Counted from the stretch's first letter, positions 1-10,224 are shown. The stretch is DNA of 64,000 bases from Anaerolineales bacterium (GCA_029210945.1 JARGGH010000018.1:148-64147); one strand, 5' to 3'. Numbers and translations: made by a program. Notes: generated from the sequence alone by a model not told the origin.

Positions 1-172
1 CCTCCATGGCCACCCGGCAAGGCTGCAGAGTGGAGAACTTGCGCTGGAAGGATGCTTTTGTGGTGGGCAGGCGCGATTCTTCGATCAACTCACCCTCCTG
101 ATCGATAATCGTGATGTAGGAGACCTTGTCTCCCAGGTCTAATCCGATAAAGAATGTGCTATTGTTAAAAAT
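1..172 (-). mobile_element. IS110/IS1111-family transposase, N-terminal part (runs off the left edge)
   Basis: Manual translation of the minus strand from 172 gives IFNNSTFFIGLDLGDKVSYITIIDQEGELIEESRLPTTKASFQRKFSTLQPCRVAME, matching the DEDD RuvC-like IS110 N-terminus (IGLDL...VAME). GGAGG RBS lies 8 nt upstream, but the codon at the start position is ATT. Not in the ORF track. Confidence 0.8.
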
Positions 173-839
173 GGCTGGTTCCTCCTTTTGCGCCTTTGAG
201 TGCGCTGAGATGTGTGCTCATCGTACACGATGAAGCACGTATACGAGGAGCCAGCCTTCTCATTCCAATCTCGCTGGAGGCGACCTGGGACCACAGCGAA
301 GCTGGGCAGGTGTGCGCCGCGATTTGCATGCGATGGATCAGATTTGCGTTCTTGTGAAGCAATCGTTGAAACGATCCCAGGCGCATTGCCGATTTTGAGA
401 TCCCCAAGCGAAAACCGCTCGTCAGACCATATTTGATATTTAATTCCCGCTCTCTCGCTGGGCCACCCGCACATGCCCTCGAGGGTGAACTGGACGGACT
501 ATCTCACACAGCTGATCAAGCATGCCATTCTGGCGAGTCCCAGCTTGTATTCCTGCGTTTGACCCCTATCTAAACAGCTTAGTTTCTCACTCAACTCATA
601 GAAGCGGAGTGGGGCACGATTGATGAAGATAATGATTGGCTGGAGCATGATGGAGTTTCTCACAATTTCTCTGTAGTAGTATTAACTATATGGAAGGGCA
701 CAGAGATCGTCTCCCGAACAGTGCCCTCCCTGGAAACCACGATCACCAGGCTCTCGTCGAGCGCTCCACGAACCGCGGCCCGGGATGGAAAGCATATCCT
801 CGATAGGCTGGCGGAACTGGGTAAAGATGGAGGAACGAC

Positions 840-1487
840 ATAAACAGCACCACAAAGACCATTCTGATATCCGTCGCAGCCACGCTCATCATGGTCGCGA
901 TTGCCTTGACCGCCGTGTGGTGGTTTTCCCCGATGCGAGGGATGGGCTTCGGGTTGGTGGGGAACCCCATGTCCGCTGGCGTAATGGACGCCGACGAACT
1001 GGGACGTTTTGGTCCCACGGGCCGCGGCATGATGAACGAGATGGGCACGATGGCGGACATCGACAGCGAGTACGAGTACTTGAGCGGCATGATCCCGCAC
1101 CACGAGGAAGCCGTCGCGAAGGCACGTATTCTTCGGGAGGGGACAGACCGTGCCGAGATGCGCGAGTTCGCGCAAAGCATCATCGATGTACAGACCCGGG
1201 AGATCCAACAGATAGAGGAATGGCTCGCGCGCTGGTATCCGGACCAGCCAGCACGTGCCGACTACCAGCCGATGATGGGAGACTACAGCGGTATGAGCGG
1301 AGACGAGCTCGACGTCGCGTTTCTCGAGGACATGATCCATCATCACATGGCGGCCGTCATGATGTCCCAGCAACTTCTCGTAAGCGGGCTCGCGGAACAC
1401 GACGAGGTCGCCGGGCTTGCCGGCGATATCAGAGATGCGCAGCTGCGCGAGATCCGCCTGATGAGCGATTGGCTCGAGGATTACTGA
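840..1487 (+). CDS. DUF305 (ferritin-like, CopM-type) membrane-anchored/exported protein
   Basis: Two MIxHH motifs (MIPHHEEAV, MIHHHMAAV), Met-rich, N-terminal hydrophobic segment. GGAGG at ~829 points to an in-frame ATA at 840; first ATG is 891. Confidence 0.85.
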   Translation: MNSTTKTILISVAATLIMVAIALTAVWWFSPMRGMGFGLVGNPMSAGVMDADELGRFGPTGRGMMNEMGTMADIDSEYEYLSGMIPHHEEAVAKARILREGTDRAEMREFAQSIIDVQTREIQQIEEWLARWYPDQPARADYQPMMGDYSGMSGDELDVAFLEDMIHHHMAAVMMSQQLLVSGLAEHDEVAGLAGDIRDAQLREIRLMSDWLEDY

Positions 1488-1648
1488 CAGCGGCGCTGCA
1501 TGGGCACGGGTCGCCCCCGGCCTTATCCACGGCCTGCTCCGACTCGTCGCTTACACTGGGCTGCTGCGCGCGGCGATCTTAACCGCCATCCAAGCAGGGC
1601 TGGATGAAAGTAACAGTATCGTGCTTGCGGGCAGCCTCATCGCCGCGA

Positions 1649-1689
1649 CCGCTGAGAACGCGGGGTCAGGCAAAGCTCGAGGCCGTTAG
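1649..1689 (+). repeat. 41-bp direct repeat copy 1, attC-like 3' end (GCCGTTAG)
   Basis: ccgctgagaacgcggggtcaggcaaagctcgaggccgttag; 37/41 identical to 3294-3334; lies just upstream of the catalase gene. Confidence 0.75.
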
Positions 1690-1751
1690 CGAGTCAGTCA
1701 CATTGAAAACTGTTTACATGCACAAGCCCAATAATGAAAGGGAGTGTTATT

Positions 1752-3206
1752 GTGAAAGACAATGACCGCAAACCCACAACCAACGATGTGGGTATACCCG
1801 TATCCAGCGACGAGTTTTCCCTCACCGTAGGACCCGACGGCCCGATCCTGCTTCAAGACCACTACCTTGTTGAAAAGATGGCCAACTTCAACCGGGAGAT
1901 GATCCCGGACCGCCAGCCCCATGCGAAGGGCTCGGGGGCGTTCGGTCACTTTGAGGTGACCCGGGACATCGGCGCCTACACCAAGGCGGCCGTGTTCCAA
2001 CCGGGCACGAAGACCGAGGTGCTGGCCCGGTTCTCCACGGTGGCCGGCGAGAGCGGCAGTCCCGACACCTGGCGGGATGTGCGCGGCTTTGCGCTCAAAT
2101 TCTATACCCCCGAGGGCAACTACGACATGGTCGGGAACAACACGCCGGTGTTCTTCGTGCGCGATCCCATGAAGTTCCAGGACTTCATTCATTCGCAGAA
2201 GCGCCGTGCGGATAGCGGACTGCGGGACAACGACATGCAATGGGACTTCTGGACCCTGTCCCCTGAATCCGCCCATCAGGTCACCATCCTGATGAGCGAT
2301 CGCGGAGTCCCCAGGAGCTATAGGCACATGAACGGCTACTCGAGCCACACCTACATGTGGGTCAACGCCGAAGGCGAGCGCTTCTGGGTGAAATACCACT
2401 TCAAGACCGACCAGGGCATCGCTTCCCTCACCCAGGAGGAGGCCGACCGGATTGCCGGCGAGGACGCCGACTACCACCGCCGCGATCTCTTCGATGCGAT
2501 CAAGCGGGGGGACTACCCCAGCTGGACGCTAAAGGTGCAGATCATGCCCTTCGAAGAAGCCGAAACCTACCGCTTCAACCCCTTCGACCTGACCAAGGTC
2601 TGGCCCCACGGCGACTATCCGGTGCAGGAGGTCGGCCGGCTGACCCTGAACCGCAATCCAACCGATTTTCACACCGAGATCGAGCAGGCAGCTTTCGAGC
2701 CGAACAATCTCGTTCCCGGGATCGGTCCGAGCCCGGACAAGATGCTGCTGGCCCGCCTGATTTCCTATGGCGACGCTCACCGGGCACGCCTGGGCGTCAA
2801 CTACAAGCAGATCCCGGTCAACCGGCCGCAGAGCCCGGTGCACAGCTACAGCAAAGGCGGTGCGATGCGAGTAGAGAACGTGTCCGACCCGGTGTACGCG
2901 CCGAACTCCAAGGGGGGTCCCAAGGCCGATAGCGAGCGCTATCCCGAACAGGCTATCTGGAATGCCAGTGGCGAGTTCGTCCGTGCGGCCTATACCAAGC
3001 GTAAGGACGATGACGATTGGGGGCAGCCCGGCACCCTGGTGCGGGAGGTCATGGATGACGCCCAGCGCGATCGCCTGGTATCCAACGTCGTCGGGCACCT
3101 GAAGAACGGTCTGTCCGAACCGGTGCTGGAGCGTGCGTTGGAGTATTGGCGCAGCATCGACAAGGAGATCGGCGATCGCATTGCCAAGGGCGTACAAGGG
3201 GGCTGA
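1752..3206 (+). CDS. katA: Monofunctional heme catalase (small-subunit type)
   Basis: [22 protein letters not shown] (distal His), RFSTVAGE, and [14 protein letters not shown] (proximal Tyr). GTG start at 1752 after GGAG. Confidence 0.96.
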   Translation: MKDNDRKPTTNDVGIPVSSDEFSLTVGPDGPILLQDHYLVEKMANFNREMIPDRQPHAKGSGAFGHFEVTRDIGAYTKAAVFQPGTKTEVLARFSTVAGESGSPDTWRDVRGFALKFYTPEGNYDMVGNNTPVFFVRDPMKFQDFIHSQKRRADSGLRDNDMQWDFWTLSPESAHQVTILMSDRGVPRSYRHMNGYSSHTYMWVNAEGERFWVKYHFKTDQGIASLTQEEADRIAGEDADYHRRDLFDAIKRGDYPSWTLKVQIMPFEEAETYRFNPFDLTKVWPHGDYPVQEVGRLTLNRNPTDFHTEIEQAAFEPNNLVPGIGPSPDKMLLARLISYGDAHRARLGVNYKQIPVNRPQSPVHSYSKGGAMRVENVSDPVYAPNSKGGPKADSERYPEQAIWNASGEFVRAAYTKRKDDDDWGQPGTLVREVMDDAQRDRLVSNVVGHLKNGLSEPVLERALEYWRSIDKEIGDRIAKGVQGG

Positions 3207-3293
3207 TCTCAGCATAATTGTGGGCAATATCAAGAGATAAAAGAAAAGGCCATCAGCCATCAACCGATTGCAGCAGGCGGCGCAGGCGCGCCG

Positions 3294-3334
3294 CCGCTAA
3301 AAACGCGCGGTCAGGGAAAGCTCGAGGCCGTTAG
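3294..3334 (+). repeat. 41-bp direct repeat copy 2, attC-like 3' end
   Basis: ccgctaaaaacgcgcggtcagggaaagctcgaggccgttag; preceded by a GGCGGCGC/GCGCCGCC hairpin (~3277-3295). Confidence 0.75.
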
Positions 3335-3383
3335 GGCTCACTATTACCATGATTAGATGTTTTCACAGATTGGAGGAAACATT

Positions 3384-3926
3384 ATGGATGAGAACAAACA
3401 AAACCTTTCTGAAAAATACATTAAATTCTTCGCGATGATAGGAACTTCAATGCTCCTCATGTATGGATTAATGTACTTGAATTCATACCAAATACTCGAG
3501 CATGCCCGGTTCAGCGAAACACGTTTATTCATGACCCTGATCATGGGTGGCTCAATGACGATCGTCATGATGGCATATATGCTTGAGATGTATCAGAACA
3601 AAAAAGCCAATATCGCAATCTTCACTGGTGCGATTTTGCTAATTTTGTCCTCGATTTGGCTTGTCCGGAGTCAAGCAACCGTTAGTGGCGTCGATTACAT
3701 GGAGGCCATGATCCCTCATCACTCAATTGCTATTCTTACCAGCGAGCGCTCTAATATCCGAGATCCTCGAGTTCGAAAACTTGCTGATGAGATAATCGAA
3801 GCGCAACACAGAGAAATCAAGGAGATGGAATGGTTAATTTCCGACATAAGGGAAAATGGAATCGCAGCAAGTGAGGAAGAAGCCGAGGCCAGACCAATTC
3901 CATCATTTTCTGGTAATAAGGAGTAA
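3384..3926 (+). CDS. DUF305 domain membrane protein
   Basis: Three TM segments followed by MIPHHSIAILTS...IIEAQHREIKEM; GGAGG RBS before ATG 3384; visibly AT-richer than its neighbours. Confidence 0.88.
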   Translation: MDENKQNLSEKYIKFFAMIGTSMLLMYGLMYLNSYQILEHARFSETRLFMTLIMGGSMTIVMMAYMLEMYQNKKANIAIFTGAILLILSSIWLVRSQATVSGVDYMEAMIPHHSIAILTSERSNIRDPRVRKLADEIIEAQHREIKEMEWLISDIRENGIAASEEEAEARPIPSFSGNKE

Positions 3927-3976
3927 GAAATAACTTTCCACCCAACTCGAATCCATTCAAGAGGGTGTTCGACCTG

Positions 3977-4837
3977 CTACGGGACGAGCCCGGCAGGGAT
4001 GCCTTCCGGATAGAGCGATTGAATTGCCTCTTCAATCCGAAGGATCCGGTTGTCAGGATTTGGGTGTGTGCTGAAGAATTCGGGCGGTCCGGCAGGATTG
4101 CTTTCGGCTAGAATCCGCATCATGCCGATCATTGCCCGCGGGTCATACCCCCCGTCCGCCATGATCTGCACCCCAAGGGCGTCAGCCTGGAGTTCATCAT
4201 CCCGCCCGTACTTCATGTTGATCAGCTGGCCTACCAGGATGGCCATCTGGGCGACTTGCTGAGTACTCGGATTCTCGGGATCGTAACTGGCGATAAGGAC
4301 CGCACCTGTTATTCCTTGAGTAAGTTCCGCCTGCGCCATCCGCTCGGAGCTGTGTCGTGCCAAGACGTGAACAACCTCGTGCGCCAGGACACCCGCCAGC
4401 TGGCCCTCCGTCTCGATGCGATCGACCAGGGCACGTGTAATGAACACCTGCCCGCCCGGAAGAGCGAAGGCATTTACGGTCTGCGGGTCCGCCAGCACAT
4501 GGAACTCAAACGGGTACCCGGAAGGAGCCACAATGCCGCCTCGAACGAGCGTCTGCCCAATCTCATCCACTACCGCCTGGTATTCAGGGTTAGGTTCGAG
4601 ACCGCCAAACTCAGCCGCCATCTCTGGCCCGGCCTGAAGACCTATGGCAATCTCCTGTTCCTTGGTTACGCTGACGTATTGGTCCTCACCGGTCACAGGA
4701 TTGAATTGCTTGGATCCAAGGAACGAAATCACCGCAAAGGCCGCCACGGCCAGCGCCAGGCCAATCCGCAGGCATCCGCTTGACGCGACTGAAGATCTGG
4801 GAGCTGCTCGCTGGCGAAGATACGAACTCTTGTTCAT
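3977..4837 (-). CDS. M48-family zinc metalloprotease
   Basis: NAFALPGG, HEVVH (HExxH), ELQAD and FFSTHP motifs. Confidence 0.93.
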   Translation of the reverse strand: MNKSSYLRQRAAPRSSVASSGCLRIGLALAVAAFAVISFLGSKQFNPVTGEDQYVSVTKEQEIAIGLQAGPEMAAEFGGLEPNPEYQAVVDEIGQTLVRGGIVAPSGYPFEFHVLADPQTVNAFALPGGQVFITRALVDRIETEGQLAGVLAHEVVHVLARHSSERMAQAELTQGITGAVLIASYDPENPSTQQVAQMAILVGQLINMKYGRDDELQADALGVQIMADGGYDPRAMIGMMRILAESNPAGPPEFFSTHPNPDNRILRIEEAIQSLYPEGIPAGLVP

Positions 4838-4849
4838 GGGGATTGCCTC

Positions 4850-5362
4850 CTAAGCGCCCGAGGCGGGGTAGGGAAGATCGTACTTGTCGAGGAGTTCGTA
4901 GACCACGCCGACCAACCCCCCCAGAATCATGTGCGTCAACAGGAGAAGCCAGTTCCGAAGCGGATAGATCCACGGAAAGAAGAAGCTCAAAGCGTAGATT
5001 TCGATCACATACAACGCCGCTCCAATCAACACCCCTCCGACAAGCCCCACGAGCAATCCCCAGCGGTGAATGACCAAAACAATCACCAGGCCATAGGCAA
5101 ATGAAAGAGCGAATTGAAGCAGCACGCCTATGAGAAGGACCAGTGCCGTGCTTCCCTCTGTCACAGGAATGACATCGGGCCCGAGCACAAGCGAGGCGGT
5201 GACCCGCAGGATGAAGCCTGGCTCACCTAGCACAACGCCGCAGAGCACGAGGCCGGCTATTAGCGTTGTCAGACCAGCGACGAGCGCTGTAACGAAGTAA
5301 GCGCGCCAGTCCAGATGGGGTCGGTCCAGCAGCCTTGATCGGTGAGTCTTAATCGTTTCCAT
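4850..5362 (-). CDS. Hypothetical integral membrane protein (4 TM)
   Basis: Hydrophobic ORF; likely start METIKTH at 5362. Confidence 0.7.
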   Translation of the reverse strand: METIKTHRSRLLDRPHLDWRAYFVTALVAGLTTLIAGLVLCGVVLGEPGFILRVTASLVLGPDVIPVTEGSTALVLLIGVLLQFALSFAYGLVIVLVIHRWGLLVGLVGGVLIGAALYVIEIYALSFFFPWIYPLRNWLLLLTHMILGGLVGVVYELLDKYDLPYPASGA

Positions 5363-5761
5363 ATGGACGTCTGCGCTGAAGGCCCTTCTCAGGTCTAAGG
5401 TTGAGGAAGCGCCTTCTCCTTTCTGACACGTGGCATCCTCCCTCCAATTATCCACCCTTTCTCGCTGCCTTACAACCTGATCGGGCTTTCCCGCCTAGCT
5501 GGGTGCGGCGGTAAGCGCGATCTAGGTCTCTGGCCGGGAGGATAATCCCGGGACCATTGGTCGTTCGCCAAGGCAGAATGCCGCGCGACCTGCGATCTCA
5601 AATCTCCACCATGTGGTGGAGAGCGATACTCCTCATTTGTAGGATGCGGCAGGGGCGCGATCGTCGCAAAATAGGGAGTACGTGCAAACGGTTTAGCAGG
5701 CGCAAGCCCATCACGGCTCACGTCCGCCACAAGCCGGCTAGATCAACTCCGGAGGCAAAAC

Positions 5762-6172
5762 ATGAAGAAGATGCTGTTTCTCCTGGCCCTGGTGGTCGCG
5801 ATGCTTGCAATGGTCGCAGGCTGTGCTCCCGGCACCGTCGCAGAGGTCAATACGCCAACCTCGAACACCAAGGCCGGTACGCCCACATCCAGCGGTGAAA
5901 TCAACGTTCCCGGCGTGAGCATTCAAGTCTATACGCCCGGCCCGAATCCAATGGCCGACACAGCCGATGCAAACGGTCACATCGCCAGCATCGGCTTAGG
6001 AATCTGGCACGGGATCATTTCCCCTGTGACGATGGTGCTTTCATTCGTCAACCAGGGTGGGCAGATGTACGAGGTGCACAACGACGGCAGCCAGTACAAC
6101 CTTGGCTTCTTGGTCGGAGTGGCTATCGTGTTTATACTTCTGAGCGTGACCGTAGGTTCGAGGCGGCGCTGA
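5762..6172 (+). CDS. Hypothetical lipoprotein/membrane protein
   Basis: GGAGG RBS, signal peptide with VAGC lipobox, GIWHGIISP...YEVHNDG..YNLGF segment. Confidence 0.8.
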   Translation: MKKMLFLLALVVAMLAMVAGCAPGTVAEVNTPTSNTKAGTPTSSGEINVPGVSIQVYTPGPNPMADTADANGHIASIGLGIWHGIISPVTMVLSFVNQGGQMYEVHNDGSQYNLGFLVGVAIVFILLSVTVGSRRR

Positions 6173-6301
6173 AGGCGAACATAAAATCACCTCACGAGGA
6201 CCCGGTCCCATATGTCTCGGCCGAAAATGCCGGCCAGCTCCGTTGATGAAAGCTGGCATTCCCCTCTTTTCCCCCTCCCAAAGAGATTGCGGTTTCGGTC
6301 C

Positions 6302-6511
6302 TCAGCGGTCTTTCTTGACCGAGAAGGCGACCTTCAGATCCGCACGGTATTCTACGATTAGCCCGTTTTCAACCCGGGCGGTCTGTCCCACGATCTCAAG
6401 CCCGGTGATGCAGCTAACCGTTTCCTGCGCATCCTTAACGGCATTGCTGGCCGCATCCTCCCAGCTTTCCTTCGAGGTCCCGATCAACTCGATGACTTTG
6501 ATGGTTGGCAT
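6302..6511 (-). CDS. Dodecin-family flavin-binding protein
   Basis: KVIELIGTSKESWEDAA...EYRADLKVAF; 69 aa; strong RBS. Confidence 0.92.
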   Translation of the reverse strand: MPTIKVIELIGTSKESWEDAASNAVKDAQETVSCITGLEIVGQTARVENGLIVEYRADLKVAFSVKKDR

Positions 6512-6703
6512 GCCTTCCTCCTGTTTTGTTCCTAAATGAAGCTTCCGTTACCTGAGTCCACGCGGAATTCAGTGGCTCTAACGATGTTGGCCGAATAGAT
6601 CGGGCACAATACCCATTCCACTTCGGCCTGACCCGCTTAACTAAATATACCATCTTATGATGTGAAGGTTTTGAAACTTCATCCGGCCCTCATGCAATCC
6701 GTC

Positions 6704-6825
6704 GCCTAACATCTGTGAGCCAAGGCGCGATCGATGGCCATTGATTGCCCGGCAATCGAAATCGGAGTAGAATGCCTCGTCGCGTGGGAAATCGGCCAAC
6801 CCACCTAAACGACCATCCGTTGGGC
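6704..6825 (+). repeat. Possible degenerate attC site
   Basis: Begins GCCTAAC (6704) and ends GTTGGGC (6819-6825), near-complementary RYYYAAC/GTTRRRY ends, 15 nt before the ATG at 6841; interior pairing is poor. Confidence 0.4.
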
Positions 6826-6840
6826 CCAGGGAGAAGGACA

Positions 6841-7068
6841 ATGACAACTACACTAGCGTTGATACTTATCATAGTCGGCGGATTGCTCTTTGTGTTGGGA
6901 ATTCTATACGTCACGAAGCCTGACATATTCCAGCAAGGGTTCTGGAGGAGCATAGACATATCTCGCCTAATCTCCACCCCAGAGGAGAACAGTGGATTCG
7001 TCAAGAGGTTTGGAGGCATACTGATCGTCGTCGGGTTGATCGTATTTATAATCGGAATGTTTACGTAG
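6841..7068 (+). CDS. Small hypothetical membrane protein (2 TM)
   Basis: GGAGAAGG RBS; MTTTLALILIIVGG... Confidence 0.7.
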   Translation: MTTTLALILIIVGGLLFVLGILYVTKPDIFQQGFWRSIDISRLISTPEENSGFVKRFGGILIVVGLIVFIIGMFT

Positions 7069-7338
7069 GCGGAGCGCCAGAGTCTCTTCAGTTTCCAACC
7101 AACGACGTGCAGATCGGAGTTGACGGAGACCAAGAAGACAAGATCATAACGAGACCAAACCGCCGCTTCATTATCCTTCTTGCCTCTCGGGCAACCCTGC
7201 GAGCCGCGCCGATTATGGCAACGTCACGCTTCCGCAGCAGTGATCCCACGCCGGGCGTGTGAGCCTGCTGCCAACGGCGTGGACCCCGGGAATGGCCCGG
7301 GCCATATCCCACCCCGGGGATCCACGCACACGAACGGC

Positions 7339-7512
7339 TTAGAGGTCTCTTAAGAGAGTCGCCAAAATCAGCAACAAGAGCCCGGCTGCGACCAGCCAAA
7401 ACGCGTATTCGCTCAGCGCGGCGACTGTGCCGAGATAGCCGAGCAATCCGAGTACGCCCAGTCCAACCGCGATCCACCAGGTAACAACTTTTGGAGCACT
7501 AAGGTTTCTCAT
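7339..7512 (-). CDS. Small 2-TM membrane protein, 57 aa (missed by ORF track)
   Basis: AGGAG RBS; MRNLSAPKVVTWWIAVGLGVLGLLGYLGTVAALSEYAFWLVAAGLLLLILATLLRDL; GC-rich hairpin downstream (~7281-7323). Confidence 0.75.
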   Translation of the reverse strand: MRNLSAPKVVTWWIAVGLGVLGLLGYLGTVAALSEYAFWLVAAGLLLLILATLLRDL

Positions 7513-7649
7513 CACATCTCCTTTTATTTCGATATCGCTTCGAATGGGGTCCGACGTTCGGCCCGGGTGTGGCAGTGTCGGACAACCTGCGGGGAGGGTA
7601 GCAGTGCGTTAACCTGCTTTTGTGAGCAGCGGATTTGATGGACCCGGCC

Positions 7650-7909
7650 AACCAGGGTTGACCGTCCCCCTCGAGCTGGTCCAAACGTGTATGGTAATCG
7701 CATAACTCCTCAAGGTGCGCCTATGCAATCTTGCCGGTGAGGAGCAGATCGTCCTTCGTTACGTCGGTTTCCGGATCGCGGGTGCCGTGTTCGAGTTCAA
7801 TCTCCAGACCCCGTCGAAATTGCTCCTGACCGATCTTCGTCCAGTCGAGCCCGAGCCTTTCACCGTTCGTACGCGCTTCTGCAGCGGAAATCTTCCGGTT
7901 GTCGCTCAT
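7650..7909 (-). pseudogene. DUF5661-like protein interrupted by an in-frame TAG
   Basis: FRRGLEIELEHG...TGKIA*AHLEELCDYHTRL; TAG at 7721-7723 sits where the family usually has Trp, and similarity continues past it. 3' boundary approximate. Confidence 0.6.
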
Positions 7910-8391
7910 CTTGATCCCATGTTGCTGGCTGTGTCTGCTGAAATTTCAATGCCCTTGCCATGCTCTACTTCCATAAATTCAGGCTGTGCGGTCTCACATT
8001 CTGGCTGCGATCTGGCAGTCGCTTATCTCATCCACCTCGGTAATTGTCAGGGCATAATTTTCGCGTCCTTTGTTCTCCAGCTGTGGATCCGTTCGCCCAG
8101 ACCTAGGATCTGGATGACGCACGCATCATGAACAACCGCGACGACACCCTCTTATTAGTGTATTCGACCTTTTCTGGACCGCAAGTCCTGCGCATCTTCC
8201 ATCGAGCCGCCTGCAAAGGCTATACCGCCGATGTAATAGAGCTGTCTCATTCTATCTGTGGTGAGTGCCTTGATTTCCACACTCCGGTCTTGAAAGCTCA
8301 CGACAACGGTCCGGTGGTGATCAACCCAGAGCTCTGCTTTGAATCTTCATGCGAAATCTACATTACCCGTTTGGATAACGGGGGCAAAGCT

Positions 8392-9900
8392 TCAGTCCTG
8401 GCGCTTCGATGAACTGATCTGCGTGAAATCAATATAACCTCGCTGGACATCCAGGGATGTCAACTGGACGCGCAGCCGGTCGCCAACATCCACCCCCTCG
8501 AACCCATGCACCAGCTTGCCTTCAACCGGGACATCAAGCAGCCGGACCCACGTTCCTTTCCCAGAAGCTCCGGTAACGATCGAATCAAATTGTTCTCCGA
8601 TCCTGGATTTAAGCAGGAGGGCGTTGGCAGATTTTTCGACCTTTCGTTCCACCTTGGTGGCCATGTCTTCGGCTTTGGTGCAGTGCGCGGCGAGGACCTC
8701 CAGCTCACTCTTGCGATACGGCGCAGGCTTGCCATCGATGGCGGCTTTCAACAAGCGCTGGGTGACCAGGTCAGGATAGCGGCGGTTGGGAGCCGTAGAG
8801 TGAGCATAGTCCTTGACCGCCAGGCCAAAATGTCCCGGGGCATTCCCTTCGGGAAGCTCGGCTATGTATTCGCCGGAACCCAGCAGCTTGATCACCGCCA
8901 GCGACAGATCAGGGAATCGCAGCGGATCGGCGGCTTTCTGCTTGATGAGAAATTCTTCCAACGCCCTTGAATCGGGCTTTTCCGGAAGCTTGAATCCATA
9001 TTCTCCGGCAATGGCGACGATCCGCTCCCAGCGCCTGGGCGTGCGCACGACACGGCGGATCGACGGAAACTTTCTGGCTGAGAGATAGCGGGCGGTCACA
9101 CCATTTGCCGCGATCATGAAATCCTCGATGATCTCCTTAGCCCGGTTCTTTCCTTGTACCTCCAGCGTTCGAATTTGATCACCGTCGAACACCGGCTTGG
9201 CTTCAATCGTTTCCAGGCTGAGTGCCCCATGCAGGTGCCGCAGCTTCTTCATGCTCTGCGCGGTCGTATCCTGCAGGCGCAGGCTCTCATCCAGACCAGC
9301 TACGGCCGAGAGGGCCTGCGGCGGACTGCCGCGCCCATCCAACCAGGCGGCTACGCTGTTGTAGGCGAGTCTGGCATGATTGGTGACGTGCGCCTGGTAG
9401 ACGTCGGAGTCCTGAAGCGTTCCATCCGAAGCAATTACCATCTCGATCACAAACGACAGGCGTTGTTCACCGAAATTGAGCGAGGTCAAATCGGTCGACA
9501 GTTTCTCGGGGAGCATAGGAAAGATCCGGGCGGCGGTGTAAACCGAGGTGGAGTTATGCCGAGCATGCTCATCGATCGCAGAGCCCTGTTTCACAAGCGA
9601 GACCACGTCCGCCACGGCAACAAAGAGTCGTACATTGCCATCAGGTATCTGCTCGGCAGCAGTGAGCTGATCCAGGTCGCGCGAATCATCATTGTCAATC
9701 GAAGCCCACCGCAGGTGCCGTAAATCACGAATGCCGGCTGAGCCGCTAGTCGGTCTGGCTGCACCTGTTTTATCCGGCTGAAGCTGTTGAAGCTCGGCGA
9801 GCACGGCCGCAGAAAAATCGGGTAGCAGCCCACGCTCGAGCATGGCTCGATGGGCGATGCGGTCCAGAATGGCACGGTCGTCGGCGCGATTTAAATTCAT
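8392..9900 (-). CDS. RNB-domain exoribonuclease (RNase II/R family, no N-terminal cold-shock domains)
   Basis: SIDNDDSRDLDQ metal motif, IIEDFMIAAN, YAHSTAPNRRYPDL, C-terminal S1-like segment. Confidence 0.92.
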   Translation of the reverse strand: MNLNRADDRAILDRIAHRAMLERGLLPDFSAAVLAELQQLQPDKTGAARPTSGSAGIRDLRHLRWASIDNDDSRDLDQLTAAEQIPDGNVRLFVAVADVVSLVKQGSAIDEHARHNSTSVYTAARIFPMLPEKLSTDLTSLNFGEQRLSFVIEMVIASDGTLQDSDVYQAHVTNHARLAYNSVAAWLDGRGSPPQALSAVAGLDESLRLQDTTAQSMKKLRHLHGALSLETIEAKPVFDGDQIRTLEVQGKNRAKEIIEDFMIAANGVTARYLSARKFPSIRRVVRTPRRWERIVAIAGEYGFKLPEKPDSRALEEFLIKQKAADPLRFPDLSLAVIKLLGSGEYIAELPEGNAPGHFGLAVKDYAHSTAPNRRYPDLVTQRLLKAAIDGKPAPYRKSELEVLAAHCTKAEDMATKVERKVEKSANALLLKSRIGEQFDSIVTGASGKGTWVRLLDVPVEGKLVHGFEGVDVGDRLRVQLTSLDVQRGYIDFTQISSSKRQD

Positions 9901-10224
9901 CAAGATATGGGCAGCAGAAACTGCCAGCTTGAACGGGCAGGAAAAGTCGCCCCCTTTTTATCCTCCAAACAAATATTTACCGCCAAAGAGGAACTCCCCT
10001 TTTTCGGAGCAGCGAAGGTGGCTCTTGGCCATCGGTACGCAGGCGTAACTGGCTGGAAACATCGCGAGCACAAGACCCGCTGCCTTAAAGCTGGCTGGCG
10101 GGCTTATGCTCGCTCTTGGATACTAGCCGATAGGATCCACATCCCAGCCGACCACGACGTGCGTTGAAGTCGCAACCGAATTCAGGCTTGAGCCGCTTGG
10201 GCGTCTGCTGGAATCTGGCTTTAC

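Noticed and set aside
480-680. Possible IS-end remnants (GACTATCTCACA, GAGTTTCTCACA)
   Set aside because: Too short; no associated transposase or target duplication visible.
7930-8390. ORFs 7715-8131 and 8128-8412
   Set aside because: No family motifs or RBS; the region looks like decayed sequence.
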